Below, in pieces: positions 45,950 through 58,220 of a stretch of DNA of 64,000 bases. Where the stretch lies: positions 162,068,001 to 162,132,000 of the forward strand of contig OZ024742.1 in NCBI GenBank assembly GCA_964016885.1. The letters run 5' to 3'. Source of the DNA: Eledone cirrhosa (taxonomy: Eukaryota). Position 1 is the first letter of the stretch. Every line of letters begins with the position of its first letter. The position numbers and the translations under genes were made by a program. The notes under the pieces are model-generated. The model made no database searches, was not told where the DNA came from, and saw only the letters and a program-made list of their open reading frames with translations.

Positions 45950-48900
45950 CCAAACTAAACTACTAGCTCTCTACAGACCCAAACTAAACTACTAGCTCTC
46001 TACAGACCCAAACTAAACTACTAGCCTCAACAGACCCAAACTAAACTACTAGCTCTCTACAGACCCAAACTAAACTACTAGCTCTCTACAGATCCAAACT
46101 AAACTACTAGCCTCCACAGACCCAAACTAAACTACTAGATCTCAACAGACCCAAACTAAACTACTAGCTCTCTACAGACCCAAACTAAACTACTAGCCTC
46201 TCTACAGACCCAAACTAAACTACTAGCCTCTCTACAGACCCAAACTAAACTACTAGCCTCTCTACAGACCCAAACTAAACTACTAGCATCTCTCCACAGA
46301 CCCAAACTAAACTACTAGCTATATACAGACCCAAACTAAATTACTAGCCTCTCTACAGACCCAAACTAAACTACTAGCTCTCTACAGACTCAAACTAAAC
46401 TACTAGCTCTCTACAGACCCAAACTAAACTACTAGCTCTCTACAGACCCAAACTAAACTACTAGCTCTCTACAGACCCAAACTAAATTACTAGCCTCTCT
46501 ACAGACCCAAACTAAACTATTAGCTCTCTACAGACCCAAACTAAACTACTAGCTCTCAACAGACCCAAACTAAACTACTAGCTCTCTACAGACCCAAACT
46601 AAACTACTAGCTCTCTACAGACCCAAACTAAACTACTAGCCTCTCTCTACAGACCCAAACTAAATTACTAGCCTCTCTCTACAGACCCAAACTAAATTAC
46701 TAGCCTCTCTACAGACCCAAACTAAACTACTAGCTCTCTACAGACCAAAACTAAACTACTAGCCCTCTACAGACCCAAACTAAACTACTAGCTCTCAACA
46801 GACCCAAACTAAACTACTAGCTCTCTACAGACCCAAACTAAACTCCTAGCTCTCTACAGACCCAAACTAAACTACTAGCCTCTCTCTACAGACCCAAACT
46901 AAATTACTAGCCTCTCTCTACAGACCCAAACTAAATTACTAGCCTCTCTACAGACCCAAACTAAACTACTAGCTCTCTACAGACCAAAACTAAACTACTA
47001 GCCCTCTACAGACCCAAACTAAACTACTAGCTCTCAACAGACCCAAACTAAACTACTAGCCTCTCTACAGACCCAAACTAAACTACTAGCCTCTCTACAG
47101 ACCCAAACTAAACTACTAGCCTCTCTCCACAGACCCAAACTAAACTACTAGCTCTCTACAGACCCAAACTAAACTACTAGCTCTCTACAGACCCAAACTA
47201 AACTACTAGCCTCCACAGACCCAAACTAAACTACTAGCTCTCTACAGACCCAAACTAAACTACTAGCTCTCTACAGACCCAAACTAAACTACTAGCCTCT
47301 CTACAGACCCAAACTAAACTACTAGCCTCTCTACAGACCCAAACTAAACTACTAGCCTCTCTCCACAGACACAAACTAAACTACTAGCTCTCTACAGACC
47401 CAAACTAAATTACTAGCCTCTCTACAGACCCAAACTAAACTACTAGCTCTCTACAGACCCAAACTAAACTACTAGCTCTCAACAGACCCAAACTAAACTA
47501 CTAGCTCTCTACAGACCCAAACTAAACTACTAGCCTCAACAGATCCAAACTAAACTACTAGCTCTCTACAGACCCAAACTAAATTACTAGCCTCTCTACA
47601 GACACAAACTTAACTACTACTACTAGCTCTCTACAGACCCAAACTAAACTACTAGCTCTCAACAGACCCAAACTAAACTACTAGCTCTCTACAGACCCAA
47701 ACTAAACTACTAGCTCTCTACAGACCCAAACTAAACTACTAGCTCTCTACAGACCCAAACTAAACTACTAGCTCTCTACAGACCCAAACTAAACTACTAG
47801 CTCTCTACAGACCCAAACTAAACTACTAGCCTCAACAGACCCAAACTAAACTACTAGCTCTCTACAGACCCAAACTAAACTACTAGCTCTCTACAGATCC
47901 AAACTAAACTACTAGCCTCCACAGACCCAAACTAAACTACTAGATCTCAACAGACCCAAACTAAACTACTAGCTCTCTACAGACCCAAACTAAACTACTA
48001 GCCTCTCTACAGACCCAAACTAAACTACTAGCCTCTCTACAGACCCAAACTAAACTACTAGCCTCTCTACAGACCCAAACTAAACTACTAGCATCTCTCC
48101 ACAGACCCAAACTAAACTACTAGCTATATACAGACCCAAACTAAATTACTAGCCTCTCTACAGACCCAAACTAAACTACTAGCTCTCTACAGACTCAAAC
48201 TAAACTACTAGCTCTCTACAGACCCAAACTAAACTACTAGCTCTCTACAGACCCAAACTAAACTACTAGCTCTCTACAGACCCAAACTAAATTACTAGCC
48301 TCTCTACAGACCCAAACTAAACTATTAGCTCTCTACAGACCCAAACTAAACTACTAGCTCTCAACAGACCCAAACTAAACTACTAGCTCTCTACAGACCC
48401 AAACTAAACTACTAGCTCTCTACAGACCCAAACTAAACTACTAGCCTCTCTCTACAGACCCAAACTAAATTACTAGCCTCTCTCTACAGACCCAAACTAA
48501 ATTACTAGCCTCTCTACAGACCCAAACTAAACTACTAGCTCTCTACAGACCAAAACTAAACTACTAGCCCTCTACAGACCCAAACTAAACTACTAGCTCT
48601 CAACAGACCCAAACTAAACTACTAGCTCTCTACAGACCCAAACTAAACTCCTAGCTCTCTACAGACCCAAACTAAACTACTAGCCTCTCTCTACAGACCC
48701 AAACTAAATTACTAGCCTCTCTCTACAGACCCAAACTAAATTACTAGCCTCTCTACAGACCCAAACTAAACTACTAGCTCTCTACAGACCAAAACTAAAC
48801 TACTAGCCCTCTACAGACCCAAACTAAACTACTAGCTCTCAACAGACCCAAACTAAACTACTAGCCTCTCTACAGACCCAAACTAAACTACTAGCCTCTC

Positions 48901-49600
48901 TACAGACCCAAACTAAACTACTAGCCTCTCTCCACAGACCCAAACTAAACTACTAGCTCTCTACAGACCCAAACTAAACTACTAGCTCTCTACAGACCCA
49001 AACTAAACTACTAGCCTCCACAGACCCAAACTAAACTACTAGCTCTCTACAGACCCAAACTAAACTACTAGCTCTCTACAGACCCAAACTAAACTACTAG
49101 CCTCTCTACAGACCCAAACTAAACTACTAGCCTCTCTACAGACCCAAACTAAACTACTAGCCTCTCTCCACAGACACAAACTAAACTACTAGCTCTCTAC
49201 AGACCCAAACTAAATTACTAGCCTCTCTACAGACCCAAACTAAACTACTAGCTCTCTACAGACCCAAACTAAACTACTAGCTCTCAACAGACCCAAACTA
49301 AACTACTAGCTCTCTACAGACCCAAACTAAACTACTAGCCTCAACAGATCCAAACTAAACTACTAGCTCTCTACAGACCCAAACTAAATTACTAGCCTCT
49401 CTACAGACACAAACTTAACTACTACTACTAGCTCTCTACAGACCCAAACTAAACTACTAGCTCTCAACAGACCCAAACTAAACTACTAGCTCTCTACAGA
49501 CCCAAACTAAACTACTAGCTCTCTACAGACCCAAACTAAACTACTAGCTCTCTACAGACCCAAACTAAACTACTAGCTCTCTACAGACCCAAACTAAACT
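45950..49600 (+). repeat. Higher-order tandem duplication, period 1805 bp; boundaries approximate
   Basis: Marker pairs GCATCTC (46286/48091), AGACTCAAA (46386/48191), AACTCCTAG (46841/48646), GACACAAACTTAACTACTACTACTAG (47601/49406). Confidence 0.9.
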
Positions 49601-49949
49601 ACTAGCCTCAACAGACCCAAACTAAACTACTAGCTCTCTACAGACCCAAACTAAACTACTAGCTCTCTACAGACCCAAACTAAACTACTAGCTCTCTACA
49701 GACCCAAACTAAACTACTAGCTTCTCTATAGACCCAAATTAAACTACTAGCCTCTCTACAGACCCAAACTAAACTACTAGCCTCTCTCCACAGACCCAAA
49801 CTAAACTACTAGCTCTCTACAGACCCAAACTAAACTACTAGCCTCTCTCCACAGACCCAAACTAAACTACTAGCTCTCTACAGACCCAAACTAAACTACT
49901 AGCCTCAACAGACCCAAACTAAACTACTAGCTCTCAACAGACCCAAACT

Positions 49950-52560
49950 AAACTACTAGCTCTCTAAAGACCCAAACTAAACTACTAGCCTCCACAGACC
50001 CAAAATAAACTACTAGCTCTTAACAGACCCAAACTTAACTACTAGCCTCTCTACAGACCCAAACTAAACTACTAGCCTCTCTACAGACCCAAACTAAACT
50101 ACTAGCCTCTCTACAGACCCAAACTAAACTACTAGCCTCTCTCCACAGACCCAAACTAAACTACTAGCTATATACAGACCCAAACTAAATTACTAGCCTC
50201 TCTACAGACCCAAACTAAACTACTAGCTCTCTACAGACCCAAACTAAACTACTAGCTATATACAGACCCAAACTAAACTACTAGCTCTCTACAGACCCAA
50301 ACTAAACTACTAGCCTCTCTCTACAGACCCAAACTAAATTACTAGCCTCTCTCTACAGACCCAAACTAAATTACTAGCCTCTCTACAGACCCAAACTAAA
50401 CTACTAGCTCTCTACAGACCAAAACTAAACTACTAGCCCTCTACAGACCCAAACTAAACTACTAGCTCTCAACAGACCCAAACTAAACTACTAGCTCTCT
50501 ACAGACCCAAACTAAACTACTAGCTCTCTACAGACCCAAACTAAACTACTAGCCTCTCTCTACAGACCCAAACTAAATTACTAGCCTCTCTCTACAGACC
50601 CAAACTAAACTACTAGCTCTCTACAGACCAAAACTAAACTACTAGCCCTCTACAGACCCAAACTAAACTACTAGCTCTCAACAGACCCAAACTAAACTAC
50701 TAGCCTCTCTACAGACCCAAACTAAACTACTAGCCTCTCTACAGACCCAAACTAAACTACTAGCCTCTCTCCACAGACCCAAACTAAACTACTAGCTCTC
50801 TACAGACCCAAACTAAACTACTAGCTCTCTACAGACCCAAACTAAACTACTAGCCTCCACAGACCCAAACTAATCTACTAGCCTCCACAGACCCAAACTA
50901 AACTACTAGCTCTCTACATACCCAAACTAAACTACTAGCTCTCTACAGACCCAAACTAAACTACTAGCCTCTCTACAGACCCAAACTAAACTACTAGCCT
51001 CTCTACAGACCCAAACTGAACTACTAGCCTCTCTCCACAGACACAAACTAAACTACTAGCTCTCTACAGACCCAAACTAAATTACTAGCCTCTCTACAGA
51101 CCCAAACTAAACTACTAGCTCTCTACAGACCCAAACTAAACTACTAGCTCTCAACAGACCCAAACTAAACTACTAGCTCTCTACAGACCCAAACTAAACT
51201 ACTAGCTCTCTAAAGACCCAAACTAAACTACTAGCTCTCTACAGACCCAAACTAAACTACTAGCTCTCTAAAGACCCAAACTAAACTACTAGCCTCCACA
51301 GACCCAAAATAAACTACTAGCTCTTAACAGACCCAAACTTAACTACTAGCCTCTCTACAGACCCAAACTAAACTACTAGCCTCTCTACAGACCCAAACTA
51401 AACTACTAGCCTCTCTACAGACCCAAACTAAACTACTAGCCTCTCTCCACAGACCCAAACTAAACTACTAGCTATATACAGACCCAAACTAAATTACTAG
51501 CCTCTCTACAGACCCAAACTAAACTACTAGCTCTCTACAGACCCAAACTAAACTACTAGCTATATACAGACCCAAACTAAACTACTAGCTCTCTACAGAC
51601 CCAAACTAAACTACTAGCCTCTCTCTACAGACCCAAACTAAATTACTAGCCTCTCTCTACAGACCCAAACTAAATTACTAGCCTCTCTACAGACCCAAAC
51701 TAAACTACTAGCTCTCTACAGACCAAAACTAAACTACTAGCCCTCTACAGACCCAAACTAAACTACTAGCTCTCAACAGACCCAAACTAAACTACTAGCT
51801 CTCTACAGACCCAAACTAAACTACTAGCTCTCTACAGACCCAAACTAAACTACTAGCCTCTCTCTACAGACCCAAACTAAATTACTAGCCTCTCTCTACA
51901 GACCCAAACTAAATTACTAGCCTCTCTACAGACCCAAACTAAACTACTAGCTCTCTACAGACCAAAACTAAACTACTAGCCCTCTACAGACCCAAACTAA
52001 ACTACTAGCTCTCAACAGACCCAAACTAAACTACTAGCCTCTCTACAGACCCAAACTAAACTACTAGCCTCTCTACAGACCCAAACTAAACTACTAGCCT
52101 CTCTCCACAGACCCAAACTAAACTACTAGCTCTCTACAGACCCAAACTAAACTACTAGCTCTCTACAGACCCAAACTAAACTACTAGCCTCCACAGACCC
52201 AAACTAATCTACTAGCCTCCACAGACCCAAACTAAACTACTAGCTCTCTACATACCCAAACTAAACTACTAGCTCTCTACAGACCCAAACTAAACTACTA
52301 GCCTCTCTACAGACCCAAACTAAACTACTAGCCTCTCTACAGACCCAAACTAAACTACTAGCCTCTCTCCACAGACACAAACTAAACTACTAGCTCTCTA
52401 CAGACCCAAACTAAATTACTAGCCTCTCTACAGACCCAAACTAAACTACTAGCTCTCTACAGACCCAAACTAAACTACTAGCTCTCAACAGACCCAAACT
52501 AAACTACTAGCTCTCTACAGACCCAAACTAAACTACTAGCTCTCTACAGACCCAAACTAA
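49950..52560 (+). repeat. Higher-order tandem duplication, offset 1304-1334 bp; boundaries approximate
   Basis: Marker pairs (CTCT)TAACAG (50021/51325), TAATCTACTA (50871/52205), CATACCC (50917/52251). The copies differ by a one-monomer (30-bp) indel. Confidence 0.85.
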
Positions 52561-54249
52561 ACTACTAGCTCTCTACAGACCCAAACTAAACTACTAGCTC
52601 TCTACAGACCCAAACTAAACTACTAGCCTCAACAGACCCAAACTAAACTACTAGCTCTCTACAGACCCAAACTAAACTACTAGCTCTCTACAGACCCAAA
52701 CTAAACTACTAGCTCTCTACAGACCCAAACTAAACTACTAGCTTCTCTACAGACCCAAATTAAACTACTAGCCTCTCTACAGACCCAAACTAAACTACTA
52801 GCCTCTCTCCACAGACCCAAACTAAACTACTAGCTCTCTACAGACCCAAACTAAACTACTAGCCTCAACAGACCCAAACTAAACTACTAGCTCTCAACAG
52901 ACCCAAACTAAACTACTAGCTCTCTAAAGACCCAAACTAAACTACTAGCCTCCACAGACCCAAAATAAACTACTAGCTCTCAACAGACCCAAACTAAACT
53001 ACTAGCTCTCTACAGACCCAAACTAAACTACTAGCCTCTCTACAGACCCAAACTAAACTACTAGCCTCTCTCTACAGACCCAAACTAAATTACTAGCTCT
53101 CTACAGACCCAAACTAAACTACTAGCTCTCTACAGACCCAAACTAAACTACTAGCCTCAACAGACCCAAACTAAACTACTAGCTTCTCTACAGACCCAAA
53201 TTAAACTACTAGCCTCTCTACAGACCCAAACTTAACTACTAGCCTCTCTCCACAGACCCAAACTAAACTACTAGCTCTCTGCAGACCCAAACTAAACTAC
53301 TAGCCTCAACAGACCCAAACTAAACTACTAGCTCTCAACAGACCCAAACTAAACTACTAGCTCTCTAAAGACCCAAACAAAACTACTAGCCTCCACAGAC
53401 CCAAAATAAACTACTAGCTCTCAACAGACCCAAACTAAACTACTAGCTCTCTACAGACCCAAACTAAACTACTAGCCTCTCTACAGACCAAAACTAAACT
53501 ACTAGCCTCTCTACAGACCCAAACTAAACTACTAGCCTCTCTCTACAGACCCAAACTAAATTACTAGCTCTCTACAGACCCAAACTAAACTACTAGCTTT
53601 CTACAGACCCAAACTAAACTACTAGCTCTCTACAGACCCAAACTAAACTACTAGCTCTCTACAGACCCAAACTAAACTACTAGCCTCAACAGACCCAAAC
53701 TAAACTACTAGCTTCTCTACAGACCCAAATTAAACTACTAGCCTCTCTACAGACCCAAACTAAACTACTAGCCTCTCTCCACAGACCCAAACTAAACTAC
53801 TAGCTCTCTACAGACCCAAACTAAACTACTAGCCTCAACAGACCCAAACTAAACTACTAGCTCTCAACAGACCCAAACTAAACTACTAGCTCTCTAAAGA
53901 CCCAAACTAAACTACTAGCCTCCACAGACCCCAAATAAACTACTAGCTCTCAACAGACCCAAACTAAACTACTAGCTCTCTACAGACCCAAACTAAACTA
54001 CTAGCCTCCACAGACCCAAAATAAACTACTAGCTCTCAACAGACCCAAACTAAACTACTAGCTCTCAACAGACCCAAACTAAACTACTAGCTCTCTACAG
54101 ACCCAAACTAAACTACTAGCCTCTCTACAGACCAAAACTAAACTACTAGCCTCTCTACAGACCCAAACTAAACTACTAGCCTCTCTCCACAGACCCAAAC
54201 TAAACTACTAGCTCTCAACAGACCCAAACTAAACTACTAGCCTCAACAG

Positions 54250-57200
54250 ACCCAAACTAAACTACTAGCTTCTCTACAGACCCAAATTAAACTACTAGCC
54301 TCTCTACAGACCCAAACTAAACTACTAGCCTCTCTCCACAGACCCAAACTAAACTACTAGCTCTCTACAGACCCAAACTAAACTACTAGCCTCAACAGAC
54401 CCAAACTAAACTACTAGCTCTCAACAGACCCAAACTAAACTACTAGCTCTCTAAAGACCCAAACTAAACTACTAGCCTCCACAGACCCAAAATAAACTAC
54501 TAGCTCTCAACAGACCCAAACTAAACTACTAGCTCTCTACAGACCCAAACTAAACTACTAGCCTCCGCAGACCCAAAATAAACTACTAGCTCTCAACAGA
54601 CCCAAACTAAACTACTAGCTCTCTACAGACCCAAACTAATCTACTAGCCTCTCTACAGACCAAAACTAAACTACTAGCCTCTCTACAGACCAAAACTAAA
54701 CTACTAGCCTCTCTCCATAGACCCAAACTAAACTACTAGCTCTCTACAGACCCAAACTAAATTACTAGCCTCTCTACAGACCCAAATTAAACTACTAGCT
54801 CTCTACAGACCCAAACTAAACTACTAGCTCTCAACAGACCCAAACTAAACTAATAGCTCTCTACAGACCCAAACTAAACTACTAGCCTCTCTACAGACCC
54901 AAACTAAACTACTAGCCTCTCTACAGACCCAAACTAAACTACTAGCCTCTCTCCACAGACCCAAACTAAATTACTAGCTCTCTACAGACCCAAACTAAAT
55001 TACTAGCCTCTCTACAGACCCAAACTAAACTACTAGCTCTCTACAGACCCAAACTAAACTACTAGCTCTCAACAGACCCAAACTAAACTACTAGCTCTCT
55101 ACAGACCCAAACTAAACTACTAGCCTCTCTCCACAGACCCAAACTAAACTACTAGCTCTCTACAGACCCAAACTAAACTACTAGCTCTCAACAGACCCAA
55201 ACTAAACTACTAGCTCTCTACAGACCCAAACTAAACTACTAGCTCTCTACAGACCCAAACTAAACTACTAGCCTTTCTCTACAGACCCAAACTAAATTAC
55301 TAGCCTCTCTCTACAGACCCAAACTAAACTACTAGCCTCTCTACAGACCCAAACTAAACTACTAGCTCTCTACAGACCCAAACTAAACTACTAGCCCTCT
55401 ACAGACCCAAACTAAACTACTAGCCTCAACAGACCCAAACTAAACTACTAGCTCTCTACAGACCCAAACTAAACTACTAGCTCTCTACAGACCCAAACTA
55501 AACTACTAGCTCTCTACAGACCCAAACTAAACTACTAGCTCTCAACAGACCCAAACTAAACTACTAGCTCTCTACAGACCCAAACTAAAAGACTAGCTCT
55601 CTACAGACCCAAACAAAACTACTAGCTCTCTACAGACCCAAACTAAACTACTAGCCTCTCTACAGACCCAAACTAAACTACTAGCCTCTCTCCACAGACC
55701 CAAACTAAACTACTAGCTCTCTACAGACCCAAACTAAACTACTAGCTCTCTACAGACCCAAACTAAACTACTAGCTCTCAACAGACCCAAACTAAACTAC
55801 TAGATCTCTACAGACCCAAACTAAACTACTAGCTCTCTACAGACCCAAACTAAACTACTAGCCCTCTACAGACCCAAACTAAACTACTAGCCTCAACAGA
55901 CCCAAACTAAACTACTAGCTCTCTACAGACCCAAACTAAACTACTAGCTCTCTACAGACCCAAACTAAACTACTAGCCTCAACAGACCCAAACTAAACTA
56001 CTAGCTCTCAACAGACCCAAACTAAACTACTAGCTCTCTAAAGACCCAAACTAAACTACTAGCCTCCACAGACCCAAAATAAACTACTAGCTCTCAACAG
56101 ACCCAAACTAAACTACTAGCTCTCTACAGACCCAAACTAAACTACTAGCCTCCACAGACCCAAAATAAACTACTAGCTCTCTACAGACCCAAACTAAACT
56201 ACTAGCTCTCTACAGACCCAAACTAAACTACTAGCCTCTCTACAGACCAAAACTAAACTACTAGCCTCTCTACAGACCCAAACTAAACTACTAGCCTCTC
56301 TCCACAGACCCAAACTAAACTACTAGCTCTCTACAGACCCAAACTAAACTACTAGCTCTCTACAGACCCAAACTAAACTACTAGCCTCCACAGACCCAAA
56401 CTAAACTACTAGCCTCCACAGACCCAAACTAAACTACTAGCTCTCTACAGACCCAAACTAAACTACTAGCTCTCAACAGACCCAAACTAAACTACTAGCC
56501 TCCACAGACCCAAATTAAACTACTAGCTCTCTACATACCCAAACTAAACTACTAGCTCTCAACAGACCCAAACTAAACTACTAGATCTATACAGACCCAA
56601 ACTAAAGTACTAGCCTCTCTACAGACCCAAACTAAACTACTAGCCTCTCTACAGACCCAAACTAAACTACTAGCCTCTCTCCACAGACCCAAACTAAATT
56701 ACTAGCTCTCTACAGACCCAAACTAAATTACTAGCCTCTCTACAGACCCAAACTAAACTACTAGCTCTCTACAGACCCAAACTAAACTACTAGCTTCTCT
56801 ACAGACCCAAACTAAACTACTAGCTTCTCTACAGACCCAAATTAAACTACTAGCCTCTCTACAGACCCAAACTAAACTACTAGCCTCTCTCCACAGACCC
56901 AAACTAAACTACTAGCTCTCTACATACCCAAACTAAACTACTAGCCTCAACAGACCCAAACTAAACTACTAGCTCTCAACAGACCCAAACTAAACTACTA
57001 GCTCTCTAAAGACCCAAACTAAACTACTAGCCTCCACAGACCCAAAATAAACTACTAGCTCTCAACAGACCCAAACTAAACTACTAGCTCTCTACAGACC
57101 CAAACTAAACTACTAGCCTCCGCAGACCCAAAATAAACTACTAGCTCTCAACAGACCCAAACTAAACTACTAGCTCTCTACAGACCCAAACTAAACTACT

Positions 57201-58220
57201 AGCCTCTATACAGACCAAAACTAAACTACTAGCCCCTCTACAGACCCAAACTAAACTACTAGCCTCTCTCCACAGACCCAAACTAAACTACTAGCTCTCT
57301 ACAGACCCAAACTAAATTACTAGCCTCTCTACAGACCCAAATTAAACTACTAGCTCTCTACAGACCCAAACTAAACTACTAGCTCTCAACAGACCCAAAC
57401 TAAACTAATAGCTCTCTACAGACCCAAACTAAACTAATAGCTCTCTACAGACCCAAACTAAACTAATAGCCTCTCTACAGACCCAAACTAAACTACTAGC
57501 CTCTCTACAGACCCAAACTAAACTACTAGCCTCTCTCCACAGACCCAAACTAAATTACTAGCTCTCTACAGACCCAAACTAAATTACTAGCCTCTCTACA
57601 GACCCAAACTAAACTACTAGCTCTCTACAGACCCAAACTAAACTACTAGCCTCTCTCCACAGACCCAAACTAAACTACTAGCTCTCTACAGACCCAAACT
57701 AAACTACTAGCTCTCAACAGACCCAAACTAAACTACTAGCTCTCTACAGACCCAAACTAAACTACTAGCTCTCTACAGACCCAAACTAAACTACTAGCCT
57801 CTCTCTACAGACCCAAACTAAATTACTAGCCTCTCTCTACAGACCCAAACTAAATTACTAGCCTCTCTACAGACCCAAACTAAACTACTAGCTCTCTACA
57901 GACCCAAACTAAACTACTAGCCCTCTACAGACCCAAACTAAACTACTAGCCTCAACAGACCCAAACTAAACTACTAGCTCTCTACAGACCCAAACAAAAC
58001 TACTAGCTCTCTACAGACCCAAACTAAACTACTAGCCTCTCTACAGACCCAAACTAAACTACTAGCCTCTCTCCACAGACCCAAACTAAACTACTAGCTC
58101 TCTACAGACCCAAACTAAACTACTAGCTCTCTACAGACCCAAACTAAACTACTAGCTCTCAACAGACCCAAACTAAACTACTAGATCTCTACAGACCCAA
58201 ACTAAACTACTAGCTCTCTA
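54250..58220 (+). repeat. Diverged higher-order duplication near the array end, offset ~2380-2555 bp; boundaries approximate
   Basis: Marker pairs CGCAG (54566/57121), TAATAG (54851/57406), TAGATCTCT (55801/58182). Confidence 0.7.
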
